From Scyliorhinus canicula (lineage: Eukaryota), in the NCBI RefSeq assembly GCF_902713615.1, contig NC_052166.1:66178406-66242405 (forward strand): a stretch of DNA of 64,000 nt, given 5' to 3'. A program made the position numbers and the translations under genes. Numbering within the stretch: the stretch's first letter is position 1; every line of letters starts with the position of its first letter. Of this stretch, positions 22,234 to 36,740 are shown in pieces. Below the pieces are notes generated by a model. It was not told the origin of the DNA and ran no database searches. It was given only the letters and a program-made list of their open reading frames with translations.

Positions 22234-23035
22234 GGGTGGCACGTTGGCACAGTGTTTAGCAATGTTGCATCACAGCGCCAGGGTCCCAGGTTCGATTCCC
22301 GGCTTGGTCACTGTCTGTGCGGAGTCTCCACATTCTCCCCGTGTCTGCATGGGTTTCCTCCGGGTGCTCCGGTTTCCTCTCACAAGTCCTGAAAGACGTG
22401 CTGTTAGGTGAATTGGACATTCTGAATTCTCCCTCTGTGTACCCGAACAGGCGCCAGAGTGTGGCGACGATGGGATTTTCAGGCAGCACGGTGGCGCAGT
22501 GGGTTAGCACTGCTGCCTCATGGCGCCGAGGTCCCAGGTTCAATCCCGGCTCTGGGTCACTATCTGTGTGGAGTTTGCACATCCTCCCCGTGTGTGCGTG
22601 GGTTTCCTCCGGGTGCTCTGGTTTCCTCCCACAGTCCAAAGATGTGCAGGTTAGGTGGATTGGCCATGATAAATTGCCCTTAGTGTCCAAAATTGCCCTT
22701 AGTGTTGGGTGGGGTTACTGGGTTATGGGGATAGGGTGGAGGTGTTGACCTTGGGCAGGGTGCTATTTTCAAGAGCCGGTGCAGACTCGATGGGCCGAAT
22801 GGCCTCCTTCTGCACTGTAAATTCTATGATAGTCTATGATTCTCCCCGTGTTTGCGAGGGTTTTTCCCCCACAACCCAAAGATGTGCAGGCGGGGTGGAT
22901 TGGCCACGCTAAATTGCCCCTTAATTGGAAAAAAATGAATTGGGTAATCTAAATTTTAAAAAAACTAGGGGATTTTCACAGTAACATCATTGCAGTGTTA
23001 ATGTAAGCCTACTTGTGACAATAATAAAGATTTTT
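22234..23035 (+). mobile_element. Three-layer nested SINE cluster (V-SINE with long tail > short A-tailed SINE > HE1 with CR1-type tail)
   Basis: The outer element is split at GGGATTTTCA (22472-22481 / 22968-22977); internal heads, cores and tails are visible. Confidence 0.7.
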
Positions 23036-23272
23036 AAAAAATTAATTGTGAGCCAAAAATTTACGTTGTACAACCAAAATTAAATTCACCAACGATTTTG
23101 GGAAATTTTGTTTTTTTGAGGGAGGGGGTGAGATTGCAGAAGGTTAAAAACGATGTTTTCAGCTCAGACTGGAAGGCTGTATTTGGAAGGGGGGGGGGGG
23201 GGGGGGTTGCGTTCTGGGTAAATCAGTGCGCCTTTAAGGAGAGCAGGGTGAACCTGGCTGTGCGAGGCGGAG

Positions 23273-23539
23273 ATGGCAGCTCGCTGCGTGGGAGCGGGGA
23301 GGCTGTGTGCCGGCTTGGTGGCTCTGGGCAGGGCTGGCAGCCGGCAGCAGCTGCTGCTGGCACCGCCGCCTGCCAGCAGGCACTACGGGCAGGGCAGAGA
23401 TTGGCGCAGGTTGGCAGGAAGCCAGGGGGTAGCAGCCCTGAGGTTAGCCTGTGTGCTGGGAGGGACCCTGGGTTTATACCAGGCTCTCCAGCACCGTCTC
23501 CAGCGAGAGCAGCACCGTGCCCAGCAGCAGGACACCCAG
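23273..23539 (+). CDS. PTGES2: Prostaglandin E synthase 2, exon 1 (N-terminal targeting/hydrophobic segment)
   Basis: ATG at 23273, 89 codons, GTAAAC donor at 23540. Phase 0 joins exon 2. Hydrophobic LACVLGGTLGLY segment is typical of mPGES-2. Confidence 0.85.
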
Positions 23540-23812
23540 GTAAACGCATGCAAGGTGCTTACAGGCGGCCAGCCAGGGTTTACACTGCTTTGTTACTTTC
23601 TTATGGTTATCCTTATCTTGGGGGGGGGGGCATCAGATGTGTCCAATTTTATCTGTTAAAATGCAATGATGCAGTTTACTTTGAGAGATGCAGCTGGAAG
23701 AGCAGTCAAACATTTTTGTGGGTTTAAAAGTAACCAGTCGTCGATGTCATTCTAACTTTCAATTTCACCTTTACAGTGGATTTCAAACTTGTCCATATGT
23801 GGAACCCTTCAA

Positions 23813-24141
23813 GATAGAACATAGAACAGCACAGTCTTCGGCCCTCGATGTTGTGCCGAGCCATGATCACCCTACTCAAACCCACGTATCCACCCCATAC
23901 CCGTAACCCAACAACCCCCCCCTAACCTTACTTTTTAGGACACTACGGGCAATTTAGCACGGCCAATCCACCTAACCCGCACATCTTTGGACTGTGGGAG
24001 GAAACCGGAGCACCCGGAGGAAACCCACGCACACACGGGGAGGACGTGCAGACTCGGCACAGACAGTGACCCAAGCCGGGAATCGAACCTGGGACCCTGG
24101 AGCTGTGAAGCATTTATGCTAACCACCATGCTACCGTGCTG
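23813..24141 (-). mobile_element. HE1-type V-SINE with CR1/HER1-like (TTCTATG)n tail; similar copies at 26870-27128, 31859-32167, 35077-35403, 50533-50860, 63583-63930 (-) and 46497-46812, 56572-56870 (+)
   Basis: Head, V-core and GGGCCGAAGGGCCTG…TTCTATGTTCTAT tail, a tail shared with CR1 fragments in this window. Confidence 0.85.
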
Positions 24142-25199
24142 CTAAATGTTAGATGTTAAATGCTAGATGTTAAAATACCTTCCCAAAAGAAGCGATGGGC
24201 TTAAATACTTTTTTAAAACTATTGTTAGACAACAACAGGTTTCAAGGTCATTAATTGTATGTCAAGTGTTTGGATAGCACAGGGACTACGGGGCTGAGGA
24301 ATCGGGTTTGATCCTGGCCCTGGGTCACTGTCCAGGTGGAGTTTGCACATTCCCCCCATGTCTGAGTAGGTTTTGCCCCCACAACCCAAAGATGCCAGGT
24401 TAGGTGGGCTGGCCACGTTAAATTGCCCCTTAATTGGAAAAAAACAAATAATTGGGTACTCGATTTTTTTTTTTTTAAATTGTTTGTCAAGTATTATATA
24501 AACACAAGTCTTTTTTTAAATTAATTTACGGGATGTGGCCATTGCTGGTTAGACTAGAATTTATTGCCCAACCCTAATGGTGGTGGTGGGCTTCCTTCTT
24601 GAATCGCTGCAGTCCCTGTGGTGTAGGTACACCCACACTGCTGTTAGGGAGGGATGTTATCCCAACAATAGTGAAGGAACGGCCGATATATTTCCAGGTC
24701 AGGGTGGTGGGTGATCTGGAGGGGAACTTGCAGGTGATGGTGTTCCAATTTACCTGCTGACTTTGTCCTTCTGGATTGTAATAGTTGTGGGTTTGGAAGG
24801 TGCCACCGATGGAATTTCAATATTGTAATGCGAATCTTCATCATTACAAAGTTTTTTTTTAAATGCCCAGTTAAAGGGCAATTTAGCGTGGCCAATCCAC
24901 CGACCCTGCACACCTTTGGGTTGTGGGGGTGAGACCCACACGGACATGGAGAGACTGTGCAAACTCCACACAGACAGTGACTAGGGGCCGGGATCGAAGC
25001 CGGCGCTAACCACTGTGCCACGTTGCCACTCCCATTCCAAACATATCCTATGGGGAACATAGGGACAGGAGGAGGTTTTTGAACCTCTTCCGCCATTCGA
25101 TTGGGTAATGTCTTATCTGCATATTACCCCAAACACTCTTGTCAGTCTTCAAAGTATACGGCGGCACAGTGGTTAGCACTGCTGCCTCACAGCGCCAGC

Positions 25200-25800
25200 T
25201 GCATGTATCACAACTCATTCCCTTTTGGGAGCTGAGGTTTGTCCGTCCATTCCCCCAGGGTCATTAACCTGCCATCTATGCATATGCCCCCTACCGTCAG
25301 CGTCCCTTCATCCTGTCTCCGCCGTTTAAAGGTGGCATCTAGTGTCGCCGGGGGGACTTATGCTGGGGACCACGGCAGACATTGCTCTCAGTCCGAAGTG
25401 ATGCCTGAGCTGGTTCCACGTTCTCAGCGTGGCCACCACCACTGGGCTCATTGAGTATCTGGCTGGGGGGGGATTGGGAATGTGAGTGGGGTCGTGGCCG
25501 CACGCTCGGAGGGATGTGCAGGAACTCTCGTCTGGCTCTGCGACCCAGCCCTGTAATCTCTCTACGGTGGGTGCCCAGCGGTTGAATTGTAGGTTTGAAG
25601 GGCCAGGCCTCCCAACTGTCTCCCTCTTTGCAGTACGCTCTTGCGGATCCTAGCCCCCCCCCCCTCCACTTCAGTGATGAGACTCACCATTCCACCATTA
25701 TTAAGAACATGTGTATAGAACCAATTACACAAAGACCACAGTGGTATTGTAAGGATGAAGGAGATAGCGAGGAGCTGAAATCGAGGAAAAGGCGGGAATT
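25200..25800 (-). mobile_element. Degenerate L1-clade ORF2 fragment
   Basis: Minus-strand GGLALxNL-like and VVATLRTWNQL-like relic peptides. Confidence 0.55.
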
Positions 25801-25804
25801 TGTT

Positions 25805-27440
25805 TGTCTTGTGCAAAAATGCAGAACTTGCCGCCATTAGCTTCGTTGCATCCGTGGAAGTGGCCAGAAGAGGCAGGGCCACGGGTACATGTTGATTACG
25901 CCGGACCGTTGGGAGGGTTCATGTTTCTCATTCTAGTCGATGCTCACTCGAAATGGCCTGAAGTTGCCATCAGGAAGTCAACTTCATCGGAGTAAACAAT
26001 TGAGAGGGATTGAGTGAAATCTTCAGCAGATCCTGTTACCCTGAACAACTAGTGAGCGATAATGGACAGCGGTTTATATCTCAAGAGTTCATTAACTATT
26101 TGAAGGAGAAGGGAATTCAACACATCCAGGCGGCTCTTTAACATCCTGTCACAGATGGGCTGGCAGCACATTTTGTACTGACGATGAAACATTCATTTAA
26201 TGATTAAACATCAACTGTGTACAGCAGGGGCAGCACGGTGGCCTAGTGGTTAGCACAGATGCCTCACGGCGCTGAGGTCCCAGGTTCGATCCCGGCTCTG
26301 CACATTCTCCCCGTGTCTGCGTGGGTTTCGCCCCCACAACCCAAAAATGTGCAGAGTAGGTGGATTGGCCACGCTAAATTGCCCCTTAATTGGAAAAAAT
26401 AATTGGGTACTCTAAATTTAAAAAAAAAAAAGAAAAAAAAAAAACTGTGTACAGCATTCAATTTGCTAAAACAAGACAAAATAAATTGCCGAGGAAAAGC
26501 AGCAAGACCAGGTCGCACCGCGGGAAAACCAGGTGAAACGTGTTTTCTCCAGGATCAAGACGTTCTGGCAAGAAATTGTATCACAAGTGAAAAGTGGGTT
26601 CCTGCTGCCAACTTCACACAGACGGGCCTGATCTCCTGCCCCAAGGTGATGTTTATGGCAAACCTGAGGATCAACGTTGGGCGACAAGAACCAATCCTGC
26701 CAGAGGCAGAACTGGGAGTCCAGCTGTGCCAAGGGGACCATGGACCTTGCCGGCAACCTGACACTGACCCAACCAATTGGGGAAAACAACACTTCATTTG
26801 CAAATCAAACACTGAGCCATCCTCAGATCCCTATCTCGACGCTGGTTAAGATCATCGCTGATGACGCGAACATAGAACATAGAACAGTACAGCACAGAAC
26901 AGGCCCTTCGGCCTTCAATGTTGTGCCGAGCCATGATCACCCTACTCAAACCCACGTATCCACCCTATACCCGTAACCCAACAACCCCCCCCTTAACCTT
27001 ACTTTTTTTTAGGACACTACGGGCAATTTAGCATGGCCAATCCACCTAACCCGCACATCTTTGGACTGTGGGAGGAAACCGGAGCACCCGGAGGAAACCC
27101 ACGCACACAGGGGGAGGACGTGCAGACTTCATCCGCAACCACACCGAGAACGACGACCTCCGGAATGTCTGACGTATTGACCGCTGTTGCTCATTGATTA
27201 TTAATGATCTACTGATCATCAGGGACCTTTGATTTAAGGGGGGGGGGAGGGAAATGTGTAAGTTTAGTGTTTTCACACAGGCAGCCGAGTAGCTGAACAG
27301 GGGCAATTTCAGAGAACGATTGCGTGGCGTCATCAGAGATGGCGTCATTGGCCGATTGCGCGGGCAAAAGGGGCAGTCTAACATCGCAGCCTGTAGCGCT
27401 AACATCTTCTAAATAAAGCTCTGTAATTTGGTTGGAGCTC
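25805..27440 (+). mobile_element. Gypsy LTR-retrotransposon relic (integrase, PPT 27235-27254, start of 3' LTR at 27255), interrupted by two SINEs
   Basis: LHPWKWP…RVHVDYAGPLGGFMFLILVDAHSKWPEV, QLVSDNG, HPVTDGLA, with stops and frameshifts. Purine tract followed by TGT, then AATAAA ~160 bp later. Confidence 0.82.
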
Positions 27441-28410
27441 CCAAGGCTTGCAAACCCAATCTTAAATCCACCACAAATTGCACTTCTGCCTTTTGAGGCT
27501 GGGGGTTGTGGGTTCAAACACCGTGCTGAGGGCTCGAGCACCTGATTCAGGCTGACCATACTGAGAGAGTGCTGTACTGTACGGTAAACCAAGGCCTCTC
27601 TTACCTTTTGTGGTGGATTTCAAAGGTACATTGTGTGGCCACTATTTTGAAAAGCAGGGAGCATTCCCTCAGGTGGCCCGTCCAATATTTATCCTCCGCT
27701 GACATCACTAAAGATCAGTAGATCTGGCAGCATCTATGGAGAGAGGAACAGAGGTAATATTTGGAGTCCATGTGAGTCTGTTCCTCACTTCACAGATGCT
27801 GCCAGACCTACTGTGTGTTTCCAGCACTTTCAGTTTTTATTTCAGATTTCGAGCATCTGCAGTATTTTGCTTTTATATCACTAGAGTTCATCTCATTGTA
27901 TCACATTGCTGTTTGCGGGAGCTTTCTGTGTGCAAATTGGTTGCCAAGTTGCCTACAATACAACAGTAATTACACTTCCAACATAGTACCTCAAAAAGTG
28001 CTCAATTAGTTGAAAAGTACTTTTAAACAGCCTAAGGCCATGAAAGGTCCTGTCTAAATGCCACCTTGTCCTCCCTCCCACCCTGGTCAGATACATGTAG
28101 CTGTGCACTTAAACAAATGATTGCATCAGTTCTGAATGTTAAAAGTGAGAGGGTTCACTGAACTGGAATTGTGAAAGAATGTAAGACCTGAAATCTGTAT
28201 GGCGTCATTTGTAACTTCACGACATGTAAAAGCGCCTTCAACCCAATCAAGAAGTTTCAAAGTATCGTCACTGTTATAATGTAGAGAAATACAGTAGCCA
28301 ATTTGCACAGAGCAAGATTCCGCAAACAGCAAAGTGTTGAGCACTGGATGATACTAGTTTGAGGGATGGGATGGCAGGGTTGGCAGAGGGGATTGTAGTG
28401 TCGTAGTTGA

Positions 28411-28941
<531 letters not shown>

Positions 28942-29455
28942 TAGGCAGCAATGCTAACCACTAGGCCACCATGCTGCCCTTGATGCGGATACTTAAGGTC
29001 ATGTGAAACTCCTCATAGTAGAGCAGGGTGTTTTACCCAAGTCCTTCCCAACATTCAGTGGGATTTTGTAGTGAACAAAAAGTCACTCCTGCCATCTTTA
29101 AATGTCAAATTACTTGGGACATTTGAGACGTGTTTGGCAGGGGCTTGGAGGGCCGAAGGACCCGTACCTGTGCTGTACTTTTCTTTGTTATGTCCATGTG
29201 CTGCTCTCCGTTTTCTCTCTTGCTGCGGATCCGCCCTTTCACCTCCCACCCTTTTCAATCTCCTTTTATCACAATATATTATCTGTCTCTTCCTCTTTCT
29301 TCAACTTCTCCAAGACTCACTGTCGAATTTAGTATAAATTTCTGATTTTTTTGTTCACCTGAAATTTGAGAAATGAATAACGACGTAGAGTTGGATGGTT
29401 GTTCATTAAATGTGGGGTGACCAGCTTTGAACTAATTTGGTTTCCTCTTTTTCAG

Positions 29456-29511
29456 CAAATCAATGATTCCTCAGTTATCATCAGCGCTGTAAAGACATAT
29501 TTACTGTCCAG
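29456..29511 (+). CDS. PTGES2: PTGES2 exon 3 (QINDSSVIISAVKTYLLS)
   Basis: ttttcag acceptor, GTAAAT donor. Conserved NDSSVIIS motif; phases fit the neighbouring exons. Confidence 0.93.
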
Positions 29512-32500
29512 GTAAATCTACTATGGCGACTGGCAATCGATTTTGTTTTCGAACTTTTTTGCTTTGTGGCGTTTAGATTCTCTTTTTAAATAGCGTTTTT
29601 AGTTTCACTGTTTTCCTTTGTCAAAATAATTCCTATTTTCCTCCTCAGTTTATCAATTTTATTCAGATTTTTCACCTTTTGCTTGAGGTCCCCTTATTCT
29701 CTAATTATTTTAAAAATAAATTTAGAGTACCCAATCAATTTTTTCCAATTAAGGAGCAATTTAGCGTGGCCAATCCGCCTACCCTGCACATCTTTGGGTT
29801 GTGGGGGCGAAACCCACGCAAACATGGGGAGAACTTGCAAACTCCACACGGACAGTGGCCCAGAGCCGGGATTGAACTGGGTCCTCGGCACCGCGAGGCA
29901 GTAGTGCTAACCCACTGCGCCACTGTGCTGCCCTATTCTCTAATTATAAATCTTTTTTTGTTATTTATTTGAACTCCAGGGCAGCACGATGACGCAGTGG
30001 GTTAGCCCTGTTGCCTCACGGCGCCGAGGTCCAGGTTCGATCCCGGCTCTGGGTCACTGTCCGTGTGGAGTTTGCACATTCTCCCCGTGTCTGCCTGGGT
30101 TTCATCCCCACGACCCAAAGATGTGCAGGGTAGGTGGATGGGCCACGCTAAACTGCCCCTTAATTGGAAAAAATAAATTGAAATTTTTTTTAAAAATGTA
30201 TTTGAACTCCAAAAATCTTTGTTGATTTTTCCAGAAATATGGATTTTCTACTCCTGTCTTGTGTTCAGTTGTTAATTCACTTACAACGTGTACATTTGCA
30301 TGTTCACACACACCCACACCACACACACACACACACACTTTCTCTCTCTCTGACAGACTTCCCTTATAGTATACTTAGTCTCTTTTTTTTACAAATTTAA
30401 GTACCCAATTCAAAAGTAAGGGACAATTTAGCGTGGCCAATCCACCTACCCTGCACAAGATGTTGTGGGGGTGAGACCCAAGCAGACATGGGGAGAATGT
30501 GCAAACTCCACACAGTCACCCGGGCTGAGATTCAAACTCGGGTCCTCGGCACCGTGATGCCGCAGTGCTAACCACTGCACCACCATGTTGCCCCTTCTTA
30601 GTCACAATCTGATGCCCTCTTAAAACACATTCCCTCCCACTCTCTCAGCCGAACACAGCTTCTTGTCTATTTTATAAAATTCCTCAACTTCCACCATACC
30701 CCTCCATTCTCACCTGCTTTTGAAAAGCCCAAAAGATTCTGCGGGTTATTTTTCTTTTCAAGAATAGGAATGAGAAAATGCAGATTTCTGCTTTTCAAGT
30801 GTAGTGCTTTGTGAACCATTCAGGCCCATGGATTTGGAGGGTAGCATATTATCCTGGCTTTGCCAACACCACTGTGTAATGGTCCTTGGAAATTGTGTGA
30901 AAGAAACCTAAGTTTCTCCCTGCTTGCCCTACCCCTGGTGGGTAAGTGGCTGATTGATTGAACTCCTCATTGCTGGCGCGGTTGAAATGATCAGTTCAGG
31001 TACATGGCCAATCACCGTCACAGTTCCACCTCCCCTCACTTTGTCTTGGAGTTTTCATTTTAGTTACAATCAGCAATCCAGTTGCAAATTGCCTCCATCT
31101 TGAGAATGATCTTTTTCTTCCTCTCAAGTTTGCTAATTGCCGAATGTAAAAATCGGCCATGAGGCAGCACATTTGGGCACCGTTTTGGAATGTAATTTTG
31201 TAATTAAAAAAAGCTTTAAAATTAGAATGGTAATGGTAACCTGGTACAGTTTGAAGTGCGCTGCTGGCGAAACGGAGGATCCCGCCAGTGGAGAATCCAG
31301 CTCTATAATTTTAATTTGACTGTCTGGTTTGCCACTTCTGAGTAACCTCTCTTTGAATTACTGAAAATTACTTTAAAAGAATTTCAATTGGCTATTGAAT
31401 TGGGACACAGAGGTCAGTTACATACTAGATTAAAATGATATTCCAAAAAATTGTCAATAGTGTTCTTGCACCCAGAGGAATTAGCTTAATTTTTACAGCC
31501 TCCACAGAGGTCTGTAAACAAGTGAAGTTAGCATAAACTGTAAATGCTAATTAATTTGAGCAAGAGGTGTGGCCAGTTTTGTAGGTGGGAGCAGCTCCTA
31601 GCCAAATGTTTTTGAAACTAGTGTTAAAGACCTTGGAAACTGGAGTTGTATTCGATGCAGTGTGCTGGTTTGGCCAATTTCAGACAAACTGCCTCAATAT
31701 AAAGTGCAACCCAGGCCCTTGCACCCCCATCGGTGTGTGAGCCTGCTGCTCGGAGATGGGCAGGGGGGATGTGGGGTCCCTCGTGTGTTGTTTCCCCACC
31801 TCTCTGAGAGGTTAGTGTTCTACGCTTGACCTCTTCTTTTCACATCTCTTCCTCTGCCATAGAACATATAGTGGAGAAGGAGGCCATTCGGCCTATCGAG
31901 TCTGCACTGACCCACTTAAGCCCTCACTTCCACCTTATCCCCGTAACCCAATAACCTCTCCTAACCTTTTTGGTCACTAAGGGCAATTTATCATGGCCAA
32001 TCCACCTAACGTGCACGCCTTTGGACTGTGGGAGCACCCGGAGGAAATCCAAGCAGACATGAGAAGAACGTGTAGACTCCACACAGACAGTGCCCCAGCG
32101 GGGAATCTAACCTGGGACCCTGGTGCTGTGAAGCCACAGTGCTAACCACTGTGCTACTGTGCTGCCCATGATATACCTTTTTAAAAATAATTTTAGAGTA
32201 CCCAATTAATTTTTCCAATTGAGGGGCAATTTAGCGTGGCCAAACCACCTACCCTGCATGTCTTTTGGGTTGTGGGAGTGAAATCCATGCAAACATGGAG
32301 AATATGCAAACTCGACACGGACAGTGACCCAGGGCCGGGATCGAACCTGGGACCTCGGCGCCGAGGCAGCAGTGCTAACCACATGCTGCCCGCCATGATA
32401 TATCTTGGGGTGGATGAGCAATTACTAGTGTGAACCAGCCGTGTGAAAGCTCTGACATTGTTTTTTGAAAGTATTGTTGGTTGTGAATGCTAGAACTGTT

Positions 32501-32569
32501 GTCATGTATACGGGTTGCAATTTACAAAACATGAGTTGGCTGTATTGCAAACTATGAGGCGGGTAGTTA

Positions 32570-34300
32570 TAAACTTCAAGAGGGCAGAGCTTGGTGAAAT
32601 GGACGGACTGGTGGCAGATGATATTTAATGCAGTGATGTGATGGTTTTTGGTAGAAAGAATGAGGAGAGGTAATAACATGTAATAAAGGGTGCAATTTTA
32701 AAGGGATATAGGAGCAGAGGAGCCTGGGGGTATATATGCACAAATCATTGAAGGCGGCAGAACAGGTTGAATAAGTGGCTAAAAAGGCATTCAGGATCCT
32801 GGACTTTATAAATAGAGGCATAGAGTACAAGGAATATATAGTGAACCATTATAAAACTGTGTTGCGGCCTCAACTCATGGGCGGCACAGTGGTTAGGGGC
32901 TGGTTTAGCACAGTGGGCTAAACAGTTGGCTTGTAATGCAGAACAAAGCCATCAGCGCGAGTTCAATTCCCTTGCAGCCTCCCCGAACAGGTGCCGGAAT
33001 GTGGCGACTAGGGGCTTTTCACAGTAACTTCATTGAAGCCTACTTGTGACAATAAGCGATTATTATTATTAACACTGCTGCCCCACAGCACCCGGGACCC
33101 GGGTTCAATTCCGGCCTTGGGTCATTGTCTGCGTGGAGTTTGCACATTCTCCCTGTGTCCACGTGGGTTTCCTCCCGGTGCTCTGGTTTCATCCCACAGT
33201 CCAAAGATCTGCAAATTAGGTGGATTGGCCACGCTAAATTGCCCCGCACTGTATAAAGATGCACAGATTAGGTGGGATCACGGGAATAGGGCGGGGGACT
33301 AGGCCAAAGTTGGCCACTCTTTCAGAGGGTACCGGTGCAGGAATTCTATGATTCGATGAACTAGACTATTGTGTCCAATTCTGTGCAGCATACTTCAGGA
33401 GGTATGCTCTCGATGTCTTGTGGAACATCACGCGCAAGGTTCCTAAAGATAAAGCAGTTGAGAATTAGCCTGTTCAGTCGAATGAAGACTCAGGGAAGAA
33501 ACTCGTGACCCTGAGTAGACGTCATCCTCAAATTAATAGGCCTAGGGGCAGCATGGTGGCACAGTGGTTAGCCCTGCAGCCTCACGGCGCTGAGGTCCCA
33601 GGTTCGATTCCCGGCTCTGGCTCACTGTCCGTGTGAAGTTTGCACATTCTCCCCGTGTTTGCGTGGGCTTCGCCCCCACAACCGGGTAGATGGATTGGCC
33701 ACGCTAAATTGCCCCATAATTGGAAAAAAATTAATTAGGTACTCTAAATTTGTGTTTAAAAAATAAATTAAGAGGCCTCTGACGATGTCGACCATTTCAG
33801 GAAGGATGTGAAGGGAGAGTTGCAGATAAAAGATCGATCAAAATGGTTCTAGGGATGAGGATCTTCAATTACGTGGATAGATTGGAGAAGCTGGGACTGT
33901 TCCCTTTAGAGAAGAGAGGTTGAGAGGAGATTCGATGGAGCTGTTGAAAGTTATGAGAGGCCTATACAGATATTTAGAGAGAGGCTTCCCAATGGCAGAG
34001 GGATGGAGAACCAAAGGACATCGATTTAAGGTGGTTGGCAGAAGATCCAGCAGCAACGTGAGGAAAAACTGATTTACACGGCAAATGGGTGAAAACTGGA
34101 ATACACTGTCTGTGAGTGTGGTGGAGACCGATACAATTGTGGATTTCAAAGGGAATCGGATAAGCAGCTGAAGAGAGAAAACTTTCAGGGCCACGGAGAA
34201 TGGTTGGTGGAGTGGGATTAGCTGAGTTGCTCTTGCGGATAGCTATCACAAATACAATGGGCCGAACAGCCTTCTGTGCTGTAATCATTCTGTGATTTTC
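32570..34300 (+). mobile_element. CR1-clade LINE 3' fragment broken by several SINEs
   Basis: Relic WQMIFN / GFINRGIEYK / LEKLGLF motifs and a CR1-type tail. Confidence 0.75.
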
Positions 34301-34358
34301 TACAATGTGCTGGTTTGACTCTCCATGCTCTTCACTTGCTGTTTATTAAATATTTCAG

Positions 34359-34511
34359 GCACAGAAACCTCACCCGGGTGTTATCATACTATCCGCAGAT
34401 GAAATCTAAAGATGAGAAGGGGAAGGATGTGGTTGAATACAACAATAAGTACTGGGTGATGCTGGAGGACCAGGATGAAAATCAATATTACCCCAGCAAG
34501 GAGGCCAGAAA
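34359..34511 (+). CDS. PTGES2: PTGES2 exon 4 (…YYPQMKSKDEKGKDVVEYNNKYWVML…)
   Basis: AG/GT boundaries, 153 nt, phase 2-2. Conserved NKYWxML motif. Confidence 0.93.
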
Positions 34512-35800
34512 GTATGTAAACCTGAAGCATACTTACAATAAATCATATTATTACAAATAAAATCAGGAAAATAGGTTGTTCTAAATTGGCAGATTTCTGT
34601 CATGTCCTCCTGTCCAGTCCTGGTATGTGGGAAGGATATGCCAGTCTCCAGACGTGGCTATTCCATTGCTCCCTGAGCCAGTGTCTCATCTTTTTCCCGC
34701 CATAAGCCTGAGCTCATTCAAAGCTCTGCTCCCCATATCCTAACTTGCACCGTCTCATTCACCCATCCACCCCTCTGCCCATTGACCTGCACTGATAATT
34801 CCCGATCAAGCAATGCTCCATGGCCTTGTCCCTCCCTATCTTTATAACCTCTCCCATCTCTACAACCGTCCTCCGCTATCTGTGCCCCTCCAATTCTGGC
34901 TTCTAGCACGTTCTCCATTTTAATCGCTACATCATTAGCAGCCGTGTCTTCAGCAGCCTGGGCCCTACACTCTGGAATTCCCTCCCTATACCTCTTCACT
35001 CCACCTCTCCTCCTTTAGGATGCTCCCTGTTTTGGCAGCACGGTGGCACAGTGGCTAGCATTGCTGCCTCGTGGTTATAGAATATAGAATATAGAACAGT
35101 ACAGCACAGTACAGTACAGGCCCTTCGGCCCTCGATGTTGTGCCGAGCAATTATCACCCTACTCAAACCCACGTATCCACCCCCCCAACCTTACTTTTTA
35201 GGACACTACGGGCAATTTAGCATGGCCAATCCACCTAACCCGCACATCTTTGGACTGTGGGAGGAAACCGGAGCACCCGGAGGAAACCCACGCACACACG
35301 GGGAGGACGTGCAGACTCCACACAGACAGTGACCCAGCCGGGAATCGAACCTGGGACCCTGGAGCTGTGAAGCATTTATGCTAACCACCATGCTACCGTG
35401 CTGGGTTCTGAGGACCCAGGTTCGATCCAGGCTCTGGGCCACTGTCCGTGTGGAGTTTGCACATTCTCCCCCTGTCTGCGTGGGTTTCGCCCCCACAACC
35501 CAAAGATGTGCAGGGTAGGTGGATTGGCCACGCTAAGTTGCCCCTTAATTGGAAAAAAGGATTGGGTACTCTAAATTTAAAAATAAACGATGCTCCCTGT
35601 TTCGACAAAGGTTTTGGTCACCTTTCCTATTATCACCTTGTGTGCCTTGATGTCACATTTTATTTGATAACACTCCTGTGAAGTATATTGGGATGTTTTT
35701 GCTTCTGTTGAAGGTGCTATCTAAATGTAAGCTGTTGCTGTGTCCAAACTGGTCCCCCACCTGTTTCCACAGGAGAGGGAGGAAGGGAAGACACTGTTGA

Positions 35801-36196
<396 letters not shown>

Positions 36197-36239
36197 TAGG
36201 TGGGAAGTAGGAGATCGCCCATCAAAGATGGAACCAGAA

Positions 36240-36740
36240 CTGGTCAGAAGGATATGAAGGCCATGGAGAGGGTGCAGAGGAGATTTACTAGGACAGTAAC
36301 TGGCACAAGAGATTCCAGTTATTAGGAGAGGCTGGAGAAGCTGGAATTGCTCTCCTTAGAGCAGGAAAGATTAAGGGCCGAAGTGTTCAAAAACATGGAA
36401 GATTTTTGATAGAGAAAATGAGGAAAAATTGTTTCCAACAGTAGAAGAGTCGGTAATCAGAGAAAGGAGATTTAAGATAATTGGCAGAGGTGGGGGGAAG
36501 ATGGCAAGTTCTTTTAATGCAGCGAATTGTTGTGATTGGGAAGGCGCTGCTTGAAAGGGACGTGGAAGCAGATTCAAAAGCAACTTTCAAAAGGGGATTA
36601 GATAAATACTGAGAGAGAAGAGAACGGTAAGGTTATGGGGAAAGAGGAAGGGTGAACAGGACCAGTTGGATAGCTCTTTCAAAGTGCTAGCTCAGTCGTG
36701 ATAGGCTGGGTTGCCTGGGTTGCACTGTAAGATTCCATGA
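36240..36740 (+). mobile_element. CR1-clade LINE 3' fragment
   Basis: Relic AMERVQRRFTR, RLEKLEL motifs and tail. Confidence 0.7.
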
